Part shown: piece by piece, positions 40,004-53,600 of the stretch | Layout: every line of letters starts with the position of its first letter | Numbering within the stretch: position 1 is the first letter of the stretch | From: Antedon mediterranea | Taxonomy: Eukaryota > Animalia > Echinodermata | Direction of reading: 5' to 3' | Assembly (NCBI RefSeq): GCF_964355755.1 | Contig: NC_092675.1 | Location: forward strand, 22,974,912 to 23,038,911 | Length of the DNA stretch: 64,000 bases | Notes under the pieces: generated by a model | What the model saw: only the letters and a program-made list of their open reading frames with translations | What the model was told of the DNA's origin: nothing | Databases searched by the model: none | Program-made: the position numbers and the translations under genes

Positions 40004-40913
40004 ACTAAATGAATGATTTTGACCCATTCTACTATCAAATATTTTACAGTATAGGGAGATGTTTAAAGTTTAATGCAATTTCAACAAGTACAATAATAAA
40101 TATATATGGGACAAAGTCTCAGCAATAATAATAGGCACATTCGCGGCTGGTCACTCGCAATGAAATATAATTATAGCACTGTGTTTTAATATAATATGAG
40201 AGTAGTTTAGGGAGCAAGTCTGCAGATTATTTGTTCAAAACTTCCCAGTAAAATATGCATATTGTATTGATTTTCCTACGCACATTGATTATTTTGCATT
40301 AGCATATTTAACTTTTTAATTTATGCTTACTCAACCATGACACAAAGATGACTTAAAATTATTCTTCATTGAATTTTATTACTAGTATATATTTTCTCTA
40401 TTTACACCTTAATCTCATACAATTTAAAAAAAAAAATGTCATAACCTTCACTTTACTTTATTGAAATGAAAAATATGTATCAACCCATCATGCGCTGGGA
40501 AACAAAAATGTGTTGAAAACAAACACAAATAAAAACTGTAGTGACTTTTGTATAAGCCCACCTAGGATAGAATCTCACCCCAAAATTGAAGCAAAGTTTA
40601 TGCAAATTCATTCATCAATGTGTCCAAATTACAACATTTTCTGTTACTAATACAATAGTAGTGGACATATCAAAAGTGGAGAGAGTTGTGATATAGATCA
40701 TACTTGGACTAACAGAAAAAAAATATAAATTCATCAATATCTTTGAAATAAACTGTAAATTTCAAAGTAAAATTTGCAATAACTGTTTGGACTTGAATCG
40801 CCGTAGAGTAGAATCTTAAATGCAGACTCTTAAATAATACTGTATATTTAATTGAAGTTATATATATCTGTAAATGGTTTTCAACCACACACTATTTTTC
40901 TAAACATTTCTAA

Positions 40914-41053
40914 AGCTCTATCTACACTATCAAACTTTATGTGACAAACAAATATGATGTGCCCATATATGGACATGATGATGTCATATCACTGCCATAT
41001 TTGGGCACATCACACTTTTTTGGTCAAACTAGTTTGATAGTGTAGACATAGCT
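40914..41053. mobile_element. Harbinger-type MITE
   Basis: TAA|AGCTCTATCTACACTATCAAAC ... GTTTGATAGTGTAGACATAGCT|TAA. Confidence 0.85.
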
Positions 41054-42535
41054 TAACTGTAGTAGAACTGATTTTAAACTTTAAAATGTACAAGTTACTG
41101 TCGTGTTCTACAGATCATACCCTACTGTACAGTATAATAACATAATAAACAGAGAAATGGTTATCAACAAAAAGAAAGCTGGAACAGATACTGTACTTCA
41201 CTGTTTGAGCCAAAATCTATTAAATTCACTTATATTTAGCTACTGACATTTGGAAGCAGTAGACAACAAGTAGGAAGTTATACTATGGATAAATTACCTT
41301 AAATCAGTCTGAACACAACCTTAATAATAAACATAATTTAATGTTGGTGGTGTAAATATTATTAAACATCGCATTAAAATATCTCACGAACAGTGTGCAT
41401 AATCAATCAATAAAACAAGTAAACTTAAAAAAATACAAAACAAAGATAATAATTAAACATTGATCAACAGTACTGTACCTCAATCTTGACCAAAAACGCT
41501 GTATTTGAAATTATTGTAGTAAATGAGTAATTAATTTTTTTAAATATTCAATTAAATAATATGAAGACCAAAATGTGTCCATATTTACACACATTTTTTA
41601 AGTACCTCCTTACACTAGAAAAGCTATGTTTGCTTTACAAACATTAAAGATACAATTAAGTATTTGTATATATATATTATATATTAAATGGATTTAATAA
41701 CAATATAACATGATCAACAAGGAACACACATACAATGATATTGCAGAATTAAAAGGCTGCTGAGTTGATTTGGAGTTAGAATTTAAAAATGAGATTATAT
41801 TAAAACATTTCAAATTTTACTTAAAGTGTGTATGTTTAGAAAAGATATTGCTTTAGCTTCTTTAAAATTGTCAGATACATTATTGAACATTTATAGCAAT
41901 ACATTAAAACTAAATGTTTTTAGATTGGTAATGGTGTGTTTTGTAAATTTATCATTTTAATCTACAAATTCTTTTAAATTCAAAGGTCAATTTCTCACCA
42001 TTGATACAATTAATTAAAAGAAAGCATGATGTGAAAACAGAAAGACTGTACTGTAATGGCAACAACATTTTTTGGACTATAAAATAACTTTAACCTCAGA
42101 TTCATCACAATGTGAATATATTAAATATAGCACAGAAGATCCACATAACTAAAAAAAAAAAAACTGCAGTGCAGAACAAGTTCAAACTAAAAGTGCTAAA
42201 ATATAATAATTATGAAAATTAAATATCATTTCAGAAAAAGATTATTCATATTTTAAATGTTCTGGTGGATCTGCTGATGCATTTCTGCAAAAGGGTAGCT
42301 CTGCAAATTGTTGTTGTAAAAAATATAAAACTTTGCAACAACATTGATAAAAACCCCACCTATTTGTATGCCGACACAGTTTAATTTTGTTGAGTTGCGT
42401 GTCGGCATAAGTCCACCAAGCCTCTTTTCTAAAACATGGTACTACAGGAATTTTTGTGCAATGCTGTTGCACATTTTATAATGTTGACAATATTGAGCTC
42501 AGAGCTACTGTACCCTTTAAAGATTCTATGTACCG

Positions 42536-44073
42536 TCAATGACCAGCAGCAGCATTAGTTACTTGTAAATTGCCATCATGTTCTTTGCCTTCATTAACTG
42601 ACCATGCATAGTAAAAGAAAGCGGGTATAAATATTCCTATAACAAACAACAATATAAGCATTGTCCACCACTTTAACCCACATGTAGCCCCATCACAATA
42701 CGTTGCAGGAGTTTTTTGCTGGAAAGGGTGAATACGTTTCTCAGTCAACATTGATAGCACCTCGTCTAACGATTCTTTCTTAGAAGTTGTCGCTGTCTGA
42801 ATACGTTTTAAATCACGGTCCATGTTACGCAAGAATTGTTTTGCCTCGCCATCATGGATGGCATCTCGTATACTAATTTTGCGTACACTGAACAGTTCTT
42901 CCTCTTCGTCCTCCTCGCTCAGATTTTCAATGCGTGTTGAATTTGTTAATCCAGCTTCATTTTCTTGTAGACGCCGTCGTTTCTCTTCTTCCTTAATTTC
43001 AGTTAGAAGTCCGTAACGTTTTACAGGGATTTTAATTTTGGACAATGCATAAAAATCTTGATCTTGAAGCAGATTATTAATTCGTTTCAGCTCTGCAACC
43101 TGAAAATAATATATTATTATTGAAATTAATAATTAAAATCTGTTTTATAAATTACAAGCAAATTTTAATCAATATCAATTTGAAATTTAAATACTACTAC
43201 AGTATAGTAGATTATGTAATGTTGAATGGTTTTTATTATGCATGGCAATTTAAACATTTATTTGTCATATTTGCATTTGATAGAAAATGGAATAAGAATA
43301 AAATTTGAATATTGAAACTAAGGTAGGCTTAAAAATGTATATTTTTTATTTCTTTATTTCACCTCAATGAACATCAATTTACCAAAGGACATCATTGTTC
43401 TTTAAAAGGTCTGTCACTAATTAAAATATGGGTGTGTAATTGCTTTTGACGCAGGTTTGCCTCATGGTATACTGTACATACAATATGATGCAAATCGAAA
43501 AGAATGGCGCACATATTCTGGGGGTCGTATAGTGCGTCATGCAATTGACAAGTGCATTGTGTTAGATTCAATTGAAAGCAACGATTATCAGTGGCTGTAC
43601 CTGACCCTAAAGATAATCAGATCTAGTAGGTGCAAAAGTGCCACAGCGCATTTCGCAGCACTGCCATTCACATGTGTTTGTCTGAAACAAATTTAAATTA
43701 TTATTAATTAATGCTTTTTTCTAGTATGAGATACTGTACGTACAGGAACAGCATACTGCAACGCAAATCCTAATAAAGTATCCGATGGTCTTATTTGTCT
43801 CTCTAACAAAACCTGTTCATCTGGTTCCTTTTTCACATGATTCTTTTTTGATTTTCCATGTTTCGACTTGTCAGTTTTTCGAGTTCTCAATTGAGTTAAT
43901 TCAATCGCTGTATCGTCAGTTTTAACTTCTTCATCAGACAATTCTGCATCCCCAAATACATATACTCTAGCGTTTTGTACATTCTGAACTTGTCCCACTG
44001 TTGGTAACAGTTTTGCCCGTTCAAATTCGTAGGCCGGCGTGTGGGTATTCATTCCAAGAACGCCCACGGACAT
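42536..44073 (-). CDS. LYSMD3: LysM domain-containing single-pass membrane protein (LYSMD3/4 type), 297 aa
   Basis: Exons 44073-43744 and 43099-42536. The joined LysM domain reads ERQIRPSDTLLGFALQYAVP|VAELKRINNLLQDQDFYALSKIKIP; followed by FLRNMDRDL and DGATCGLKWW + hydrophobic TM segment typical of LYSMD3/4. Confidence 0.92.
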
Positions 44074-44466
44074 GGCGACTGATTACCGGTTGTTGTGTCA
44101 ATGGACCCTCCAGCTGATAAGCCAGGTTGTAGCCTAGGTTAATAAACACAATTATTAAAGAAATCAGTATAAATGTTAACACTTGATATCCTAATATTAA
44201 TACTCATTAGATGATGATTATATTATTAAAGTTTGACAGCAATATACAATTCAGTAAACATGTTTAAATGTCAATTTAGTGAAATCCACCAAGGCTCAAT
44301 TCATCCACGAATACACATCATCATCTTTTCGGATGTCAAAGTTGATTTTTTACACACGACCGCATGAGGGCAGTGTATTAAAAACAATCTTTATATTTGT
44401 GATTTGGCGGACAAAAACAACGAAGCGCAAATTAATGTTTTGAGTTTAAATTGAAAAAAAAGGAAG
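44074..44466. promoter_or_regulatory. Compact divergent promoter LYSMD3-like (minus) / GON4L (plus)
   Basis: LYSMD3 ATG at 44073; predicted GON4L non-coding exon donor AAG|GTAT at 44467; E2F-like TTTGGCGG at 44403; CTCF-like CCGCATGAGGGCAGTG at ~44360. Confidence 0.5.
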
Positions 44467-44803
44467 GTATTTATGTAGGCTACTAAGCCATAGCTAGGAG
44501 GAGGAGTACTAAGAGTAGGAAGGAGAGGCCTTAGTTAGCTGGCTAGCCTAGGCATAGGCTAGGCTTAAAACCTGCTTTCCTGCTGCTGGCGCGCCCGTCT
44601 TTCTAGGCTAGCCTAGCTAGGCCTAGGCTAGAATAGAGGCCTAGGCCTAGGCCTAGTTGTAGTAGTAGCCTAGGGCTAGGCTAGCTAGCTAGGCTATGGC
44701 CTAGCTAGACCTACAGGCTACATTATACATAAGGACCTCCTAGGCCTAGGCTAGCTAAGGCTATCCTCTATACCTAGGCATGTGAGGCCTTACTATTAGT
44801 TAC

Positions 44804-47127
44804 GGTCACAGTGCATATCGGCCGCCAGTCATTTCGGCCGCCGGTTATGGAACGCCTAAAATCATGAAACGCCAAAAAGGACAAAATTTGTATTGTTCAT
44901 TTCGGCCGCCAATCATCAATATTGTTAATGTATGGCACGCCTCAATTATAAAAAATGGTGTATACATGTGCCTATCGCCTGAATAGACGTGCGTATTCAA
45001 AAAGCAAGCAGCAATCAACAAAAACGATCATACTTTTTGATTTGTATAGAGTTGCGCTATTTTATGGTCATTCGCCGGCTTCTTCTCCTGACTGAGCCCT
45101 ACAACCTCTCAGCGGCGCCCCCCCCCCCACACACACACACAACAACCATTGCGAAATAAAATAAGTTGTCTAGAAATACTTTAGTTAAAACTACTAAACT
45201 AATGATTTACACGGTCTTTTGATGATATCGGTCGCGTTTGAAATCGGTCGCCCTATTTTGTATGGAGCGGGATGCATGCTAGCGGGATATACATTTTCTT
45301 CATTTATATAGATTTAATTGATATTTTTTAGGGGCTAGATTATTTATGTGGATATTTTTTATTTGGTTATCAATCGGAGAAGGACGATGTCTTTCCAAAA
45401 TAGTCATTTCTAAACACGTTTAAATATTAAATTAGGTAAATATTATATCAGGCATATAATAATTTACCTCCAGTTATATGTACTGTAATTAATATATTAT
45501 ATAGAGAGTATACGTCTGTCCTTTATTATGCAAACAATTACGTAAAAGAGAACAATTTATTTAAAAACAATAATTGTTACAATGTATAGCCCGTAAAAAA
45601 GCCAGCGTATCCATTGTTATACTTATGCATACTGTGGCAGATTATATCATGTCGTTAACAACATACTATTCGATCACCTAATTTTTATTTTTTTATTTTA
45701 TTTACATCCGTTATGTAGGATAATATTAAGTGTATAATAATAATTGTTGAGACAAATCACGTGTATACTTTTATTTCTAGTGTTTAAAATAGTTGTTAGT
45801 AAAAATGATCATTATATGCGGATGGTTAAAAGGCGAGTTACTGAAATAAACCCCCGAATAAGCCATATTGGGGGAGATGCGCCTTCTATGATCGTGCAGC
45901 TGTTTCCTCTCTAACAATGCGTTATTTTGCTGACGGGGTTTCCCCTTTTTTAAAAGCACGCACTTGTTAGTGTGTCAAATCATGGACAAAACACGACGTA
46001 CGATCGTTGTCCATGGCCAGGTAAAGATGACGTCTATTACTAATAACCATACTTTTAAAACGTCTATAGGCCTCCTGCACGTGTTTTTGTGAAACGATGT
46101 ATATAATTTACGTATACTGTACGTCGATACTATAGATTTTAATTTGAAAAATATCTTTTATTTCTTTATTTACAATAATCATTTAATGTAAATAATTAAG
46201 TAAGTAGTCTCACATAACTGCACATAACATCCATACGACGTTCGTAAATCTAAATGTTTAAATATCAGTACCTCTTTGAGAATCGTGTCCACCTATAATT
46301 ATCCATACATTATTCTCACATCTATCATTGTACATCATAGACATACTGTAGGGCTGGTAGATTGATTTATAACGGAATATTATCTATATATTTTATTATT
46401 ATCCTAAACCATGCTCACGTCAGAGTGGCGGATATCGAATGCAAAAATCATCACCATGCATCAAATTCCTTTATTGCATAAACCTCATTGAGCTGGTATC
46501 CACTTGCAGGTATAGAACGAGTTTCGTAATTAACTGTGATTAAAAAATACGCAATAGGCGCGTCTACTTGTTTAACAATTAAATTATTATTTATTTTCAA
46601 AACCTTAAACAACGGCATGCTAAAAGAACACATTACAATTCATTCAAACCTGTAAGATAAAATGGAAAAACAAATTATTTATAAATAATGAGATAAATAT
46701 TTATATTTACTGTACTTAAAAAATAACGATCGAGGTTTAAAAAAATGTCAAACAGTATTATTAGAAATTCCAATATTCAAAATTAACTAAAAACATAATG
46801 AACGTTTTCATTAAAAATGTATCTAATGCGCCATATACAAATTAGCGCGACCAAAATAAAACGCGACCGATATCGTAACTAATAGGATAAAAAGCGTATC
46901 TAGCGGCGCTCCATACAAAATACCGGATGTTTATTTTATCGCGACCGATTTCAAACGCGATCGATTTCAAGCGCGACCGATTTCATCTGACACCATTTAC
47001 ACACGTCTATTGACGATTCTGGCGGCCGAAATGAACAATACATATTTTGTCTTTTTTGGCGTTTCATGATTTTGGGCGTTCCATAACCGGCGGCCGAAAT
47101 GACTGGCGGCCGAAATGATCAGACACC
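44804..47127. mobile_element. Non-autonomous DNA transposon with ~120-bp TIRs and 8-bp TSD (outer element of a nest; Merlin- or MULE-like)
   Basis: TTAGTTAC|GGTCAC.. and ..GACACC|TTAGTTAC; inverted blocks containing repeated CATTTCGGCCGCC. Confidence 0.85.
45213..46994. mobile_element. Non-autonomous DNA transposon nested in the previous element, 8-bp TSD
   Basis: ATTTACAC|GGTCTTTTGATGATATCGGTCGCG ... CGCGACCGATTTCATCTGACACC|ATTTACAC; subterminal CGCGACCGAT repeats; no long ORF. Confidence 0.85.
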
Positions 47128-47651
47128 TTAGTTACTAGCTAGGCCTAGCTAGCTAGCCTACTTACTAGGCCTACTAGAGATATCTTAATATTATAATTAG
47201 CTTAGCCTATTCCAGTGACAGTCAGTGACACTTATTATTATTATCTGGCCAAAAACGTGGGCCCTCCGAATTACCTTCATCTCTCAGTGCATCTCGAACC
47301 ACACTAAAACCCCAATAATGAACCACACCGAACCCCAATGATGAACCACACCAAACCCTAATAATAACGTCTAACCGAAAAATAGTCACCGTTAGTATAA
47401 TAGTGAAAAAAAATCTGTTTAATAATCATGTCCACATTATATTTGCCATCATCAATGTAAAACACATTGCAATACAGACATTGATGCATTTTACAAATTC
47501 ACTAGTGGCCTGAACAGTCTTCCGTATCATTAAAAATCAATAATTATCTGATTAAATGCGATAACTTATTTTGCATTTTTGAAAATTTCAGTCAATGCAA
47601 AAGATTGATATAAATTATCATAGTAAGAGTGAGGTAGACTCGGAATAATTG

Positions 47652-50600
47652 ATGGCAGGAGTAAAACCACCTGATTCAAGGGAGGAAAACCCGAGTGAAG
47701 ATAGATATTGTCCTCAAAATAATACAACCATGAATTTTTGTTCAAAAGACACCAGTAATAATGCCCAGGAAACAACTGAAAAACAAACATATTCTGAAGA
47801 TAAAATCATGAATAAACAAGTAATGAAAGAGAGTTTGTCAACAGCAGAAGAACAAGATACAGACATTGCTACATGTTCTAAATCAGTTTCTTTAAGAACA
47901 CCACCACTTGATGATAAAACGATTGAGAAAGATGATGAAAATCAATTAAAAATCATTAGTTTCACTTCAGAAAACAGTGATGATGATTATGTAAGTGATG
48001 AAAATTCATCACCAGAAAATGAATCGCCAGTGAAGTCAACTGGCAAAGCCAAACTTCCCTGTAAAAGAAAGAAAACAACGTACCACCAAAGATCTAAAAA
48101 ACGAAAGTTTGCTAAAACAGGAAGCTCTTCTGGGCATGATGACAACCTTCAGGGATCAACTTCCAAATCTGGTGACAGATTAAGAAGCATCTCAAAGCAT
48201 AAGATACCATTTAGGTTTTCTCCTAAAAAGTCGTGCTCTGGTACCCGATTTAAACGAAAGCTTCAGGGGAAAAAGCTCAAGAAGTTAAGATTTAAAAAGA
48301 GAAAAGTGGACAATGAATCAAGTGATGAAAGTTGTTTTGGAATCAATGATGAACTAGAGGAAACGTTAGAGGCTAATGCTACAAAGAATAACCTGACAGC
48401 TATTAATGTTAAAAGCATATTACATGTAAGTTTATAATAAGAGGTGAGAGGTGGCCTATAAACATACTTTATATTATTATAAAATATGGTTAAGTTAGAC
48501 ATACATACATTGTATGACTATTACAACGATTACTACTTGTGTTAAACATTCTTTATACCGTCTTAAGACATAACCAAGAGTTTTAATGCCAAATAAACAA
48601 ATAATGCTAAATAAAGACTTGCATTTTTAGAATATGAAATGTCTACCATGCTAATCTATAATTTTGACACAAAATAAATTGTATACGTCTCTAAATTGTA
48701 AGATAATCATATTTTAAATTTCGTATTAATATTTTTCATTCTTAAAGCTCAGGTACAGGCATGAATTTCAAATATAATATTTGGTTAAATGTACATAAAC
48801 CAAATATTTGTAACAGAAATCGAGACGAAAAAACATGAATTTCCCTTAATATGGTCAAATACAAAATTTGGCAAAATTCTTCCATAAAAACCAGGAAGAC
48901 TTTTTTTCAGTAGTTAGGTAGTTAACCTAATGTAATAACATGTCTGGTGACTCCCTAGATGGTGAAAACAGATGGTTGATATACGGTGGTGGATAATTTT
49001 TGCTATAGCATGAAAATAAAAATCTGAAGTTGAATAAAAATATCAGAAATTAGTCATCCGATAACATTTTTTACCACACCGTTTATTTTTCATAGCTTTT
49101 TTAAATTCCTCTCTATTTACAAAATTTGTGTACAAAAGAATAGAGATTTTACTGTGTAATTTGAACTATCCCCCCACTGATAAGAAAGTGCTTATTTTCA
49201 AAAAGCTCGTGTAACACAAATAAAATCCCAAAAATTATGAAACATAGGGGAAACTATAGATCGATAATTATTGGAATGTATGATCAATAGAAATTTTTTG
49301 CCCGCACCTGGCCTTTAAGACCCTCCACAAAAAAAAATCTGTTATCAATAGATTTATGTTGTTAAATTTTCGATTTACAGCATGTAATAACAAATGAACA
49401 TGTTCTGGCAATGGTGAGAAATACCATGTTAGAAGAAGAGAAGAAAGAACAGTTAGAAAAAAATGAAGATATTAAAGGAACAGAAAAGATAGAAGAAAGT
49501 GAAGAAGCATCATTTGTAAGTACATTATACTGTATACAGATGTCTATTATTAAATTAACTTGACTTTTACAGAAGTGTGTGTTATGATTCGTAATAGACT
49601 GTTGACCAAATTGAACATTGCAAAATCTGAGACCTTCAAGTTTATGAGAGATTCATTCAAACTTTGAAATCACACTGTTTCTTTATTACAATTCTAATTT
49701 ATTATCATGTACTAATATGTATGTATTTTGAAACTTTTTCAGGAACCAAAAATGACAAGATCAAAGTTAAAAGAAGTTGTTCAACAAGCTAGAAATGTAA
49801 GTGTTCATTACTAGGTCCTACTGTTAATGTTTATGTATTGAAATAGGTAATAGAATTGTCCTAAAATCTGTATTTCAACATTACATAAAAAAAAATTCTA
49901 GGCACCATATGTTTGGCCGCTCTCTCCAGTGAAGAACAAGAAAGTTGTTCCACAATTTGCAGAAATTAATTTTGATGAAGATTCTGAGGATGATGAAGAT
50001 TACAAGCCTGATCCAAATGAGGTAATTTTGAGGTTTAAATTTAATATTTTAGTATTGATTATATTGCAGTAAGCAACCTTGCATTAAACTTTACAGAGGA
50101 GGTAACTGTGCAGTAAATTTTACCCTTTTGAACCGTCTAAAACCTCACCATGCTCTTCTTTCCCTCTATCCAGATAGTCCATGTATAATGTGCAGTGTTT
50201 TCCTCAGTTGAGGGAATTCTATAGACCCATGGCAATTACCACAGTACATTTCCTACAAAAATCAACAAACTACAAGTTCTTTATCATACACATGTGCATT
50301 TTATGCATGTCCCATTTGAAGGATGAGACAATGATGCCTCTTACATCAGGGATTTTCGTTTAATATTTAAGATACTGGGACCTTTATAAAAGCAGGGAGA
50401 CCATTTTAGTACCTACAATTTAAGGAAGACTCAAGCTTAGTCCTTAGATTAAGAAAATAGTCAAGACCAAAATAAAACTAGCCACGTAAAAGTCTCTGCA
50501 TCTTAACAAACTCACACATGCTACTAGTCCAATCGCTCTCATTTTCTAACTTGATAATGTTTTGTTACAACACAGAAAGATGAAAGTGATCATGAAAGTT

Positions 50601-53600
50601 ATCTGTCATCACAAGTCAGTGAGTTTGGGTCACCATCTCCATTCACGCCATTGTCTCAACACAGTTTCCTAGAAAACAAAGAAGAAAGTCCTTTGAAAGA
50701 AACTTGTATAATAGAAAACACAACAGAAGATGCTGGAGAGCCTCTTGCAGTGCCTCTTCCTCACCTAAATGAGAAGGAGAAGGCGACAACATCTATGCTG
50801 CCACCATCATCTACTCCACAACCAGATAAGATATCTGATGATGACAAGTTTATGAAGTTACTGGATGAGATGGATAAAGAGTTGGATTCAATGAGCCAGA
50901 AACCACATGGAACGGTACAACTGTTATTGAATTGTTTTCTTTTAACTAGGCAAATTGAATAGTTGTGTATAAATTCACAGTGCTTTCTAGTTAAAAAAAA
51001 TATGGTGAGTGGCCAAGCGGTTAAGACAGTTGAACCGTAATACTTTGCTATATTAACATCGGCAAGGGTTCAAGCCTCACTTGCTCCATGGCTCTGGTGG
51101 TAGAACTACTCTTCTTGGAAATGGAATATAAACCGTAGGTCCAGTGTACACATTTGGCTCATGTGCACTTTAAAGAACCTAGTACATCTTTCAAGACAAG
51201 TAAGGGGTTACCCCGGTGTATTAGTATGCACACAGCCACTAATCAAGAGGGCCCCTTGATTGTCAGCATACGCTGTTTAGGGTCACCCTCTATAAATAAG
51301 GTGTAATAATAAAAAAAAGTTGTCGGTCATCAAACAGAAAGTTTGTATTGGCCAGCTTAGCTTTGGTCTATGAATATTTAAATGTAAGGACCAGTGAATG
51401 AAAACAAATATGGCAATGAAGAAGACAAAATGTTATGTTGAAATATATTGCATTTGATGTAATTTCAAAATGTAATAGTCTTGTTTTGTATTTGATGTCT
51501 TCTGTGCTGTGAAACATATCTGTGAATGTAGTTTTCTACACCATATTTTTCCTTTTTTTTCCCTTAAAGTTATTGGGAAATTAAGAAGCCTTTAATTTAC
51601 TTTCCTTAAAGTTGTTTCATTTTACCAAAATAACTTAATCTGATGTTGAATAAAAAATAGGATATCATTGCAAAAAGAACCAGATCAAAACTGACGATTG
51701 AGAACTCATTAGATGAGATTGAGGCATCGTTTGTGGCACCTGATATCACTGCTGATATGTACGACTCGGATTGTGAGGATAATAAAGAATGGAAAGAGTG
51801 GCTGAATGATTTATTTAAAGATAAAAAAGGTTTGTTTACTATTGTATTATGAATCTAATGCAAATTTTTTGAATGTTCAGTGTTATAGTTTTGTAATTCA
51901 TTCAAGTCACCAACAATAATGTAATTATGTCATTAAAGCTACAGAAATTACCAAAGCCATTTCAAAATCATTGTTTTCATTACCAAATACTATATTATTA
52001 CAATACCATTTCTATAGAAAATGAGTTAAATGATACGTTTGATGATGAGCAAAATGATCCTGATTTTAACTTTATGGCGGATGAAGAAGAAGTCATTGAC
52101 ACCGAAGAAACGAGAACTGATCGGGCTGTCAGAGTTAGCAGTAAGTTGCTTTTCAATTATTTCACTTTAAAAAAATAGTAATGCCTGATTCAACAAATCC
52201 TATATTGGAAATTGTTGCACTAGTAGCCGAGGCCTACTTTGGATGTTGGGAAAGTTTGACAAAAAAATATGAGAGAAGAGTAGATACGACATAGTCTTTA
52301 TTTTAATTGTAATTAATTTTAATGAATCATACTATATTTGTCACCAGTCTGAAGCAATCAAACACATCATTTCTCAACAGCATGTTTGGCATTGTGTATG
52401 ATAATAAAAAAAAAACGCAGGATTATTATTGTGTAACATATATGCTTTTGTTTTTTACAGAAAAAGAGTTAAATGTTCTCTTGGATGAATTACTGGAAAG
52501 TGTAAGTCATTCAAAATATAATCTGAGGGGTTTGTGAATAATACAATGATATCCTTTGTAATCTTGTAAGGGGGTTTAACTGTACCCTGTGTAGGAATTA
52601 CCACCTATCTAACAGAACAGTGATTTACAATTGGTAATCCTTATGCCTAAAGACAATATAAAAATTGTGCTGCCCTAGACAGCCAGATAACCAAAACATT
52701 TGTTGACAAACATATAGACGAAAAGTCAGAAGTGCGTTTCTAACATTTATTGCGCGTGCACGTGCGTCCTATTTATTATGTTTGCTCGTTCATTCGTTTG
52801 TTTGTTTGTTTGGTATAAACACTAATTCTCAGCTTACATATCAAAGATTTAAAATATAAACTTGCTATTTAAAAACAGTAACACAACTTGGTACTGCTCT
52901 CACTGAATTCTACTGTAGTACTAAACATAAAGGTCAAAGCATTGGAATGTCCAAGCCTAATAATGCCAAACACTAATGATAATACCAAATGGTACCAAGG
53001 TTAAAGTGGGAAGTAACCATGGTGACTACAGTAGGCTGAAGTGTAAAACAACACTTACATCACATCAGTAAACAACTACAATAAAGAACATATCAAAGTT
53101 TAAAGTTTATAAAATATAAAAGAAATATAGAGGGACCGAAACAAAAATAATATATTTTGTTAATATAAGAAAAATGTATACTTTATTTATTGCCTTAAAC
53201 CTTCAAACACTATGCCATTTTTATTGACAGTATGGTGAAGAAAGTAGTTGGACTGACACAGTTGAAGCGCCAAGAGTTGATTACAATCCACCTAGGACAC
53301 TGGCAGTCACGTTGTCTCAGTTGAGAAATACAGGTATCCTTACCAATAATCCAACATCCAAAGTTCCAGTTAAAGTGATTCCAATTGTAACTCCTAGTGA
53401 ACGTTTACAACTTCAACAACAAATGCAACAGGTTTGTATTTTTTAGTTTTAAAATCAAGTTTTTGTTCTCATCTCTTTAATGCAGAAACACTTTGGAAAT
53501 GATCATACCAAATGAATTAAACATTATCAAAGTGTTCGTACAAAAATGAATAGCACAAAACAAAATGGACTAATTTATATTTTAACTTTAGATGTTACAT

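Noticed and set aside
45213-46994. Transposase within the nested element
   Set aside because: Only ~60-aa ORFs, with no recognisable DDE or DNA-binding motifs.
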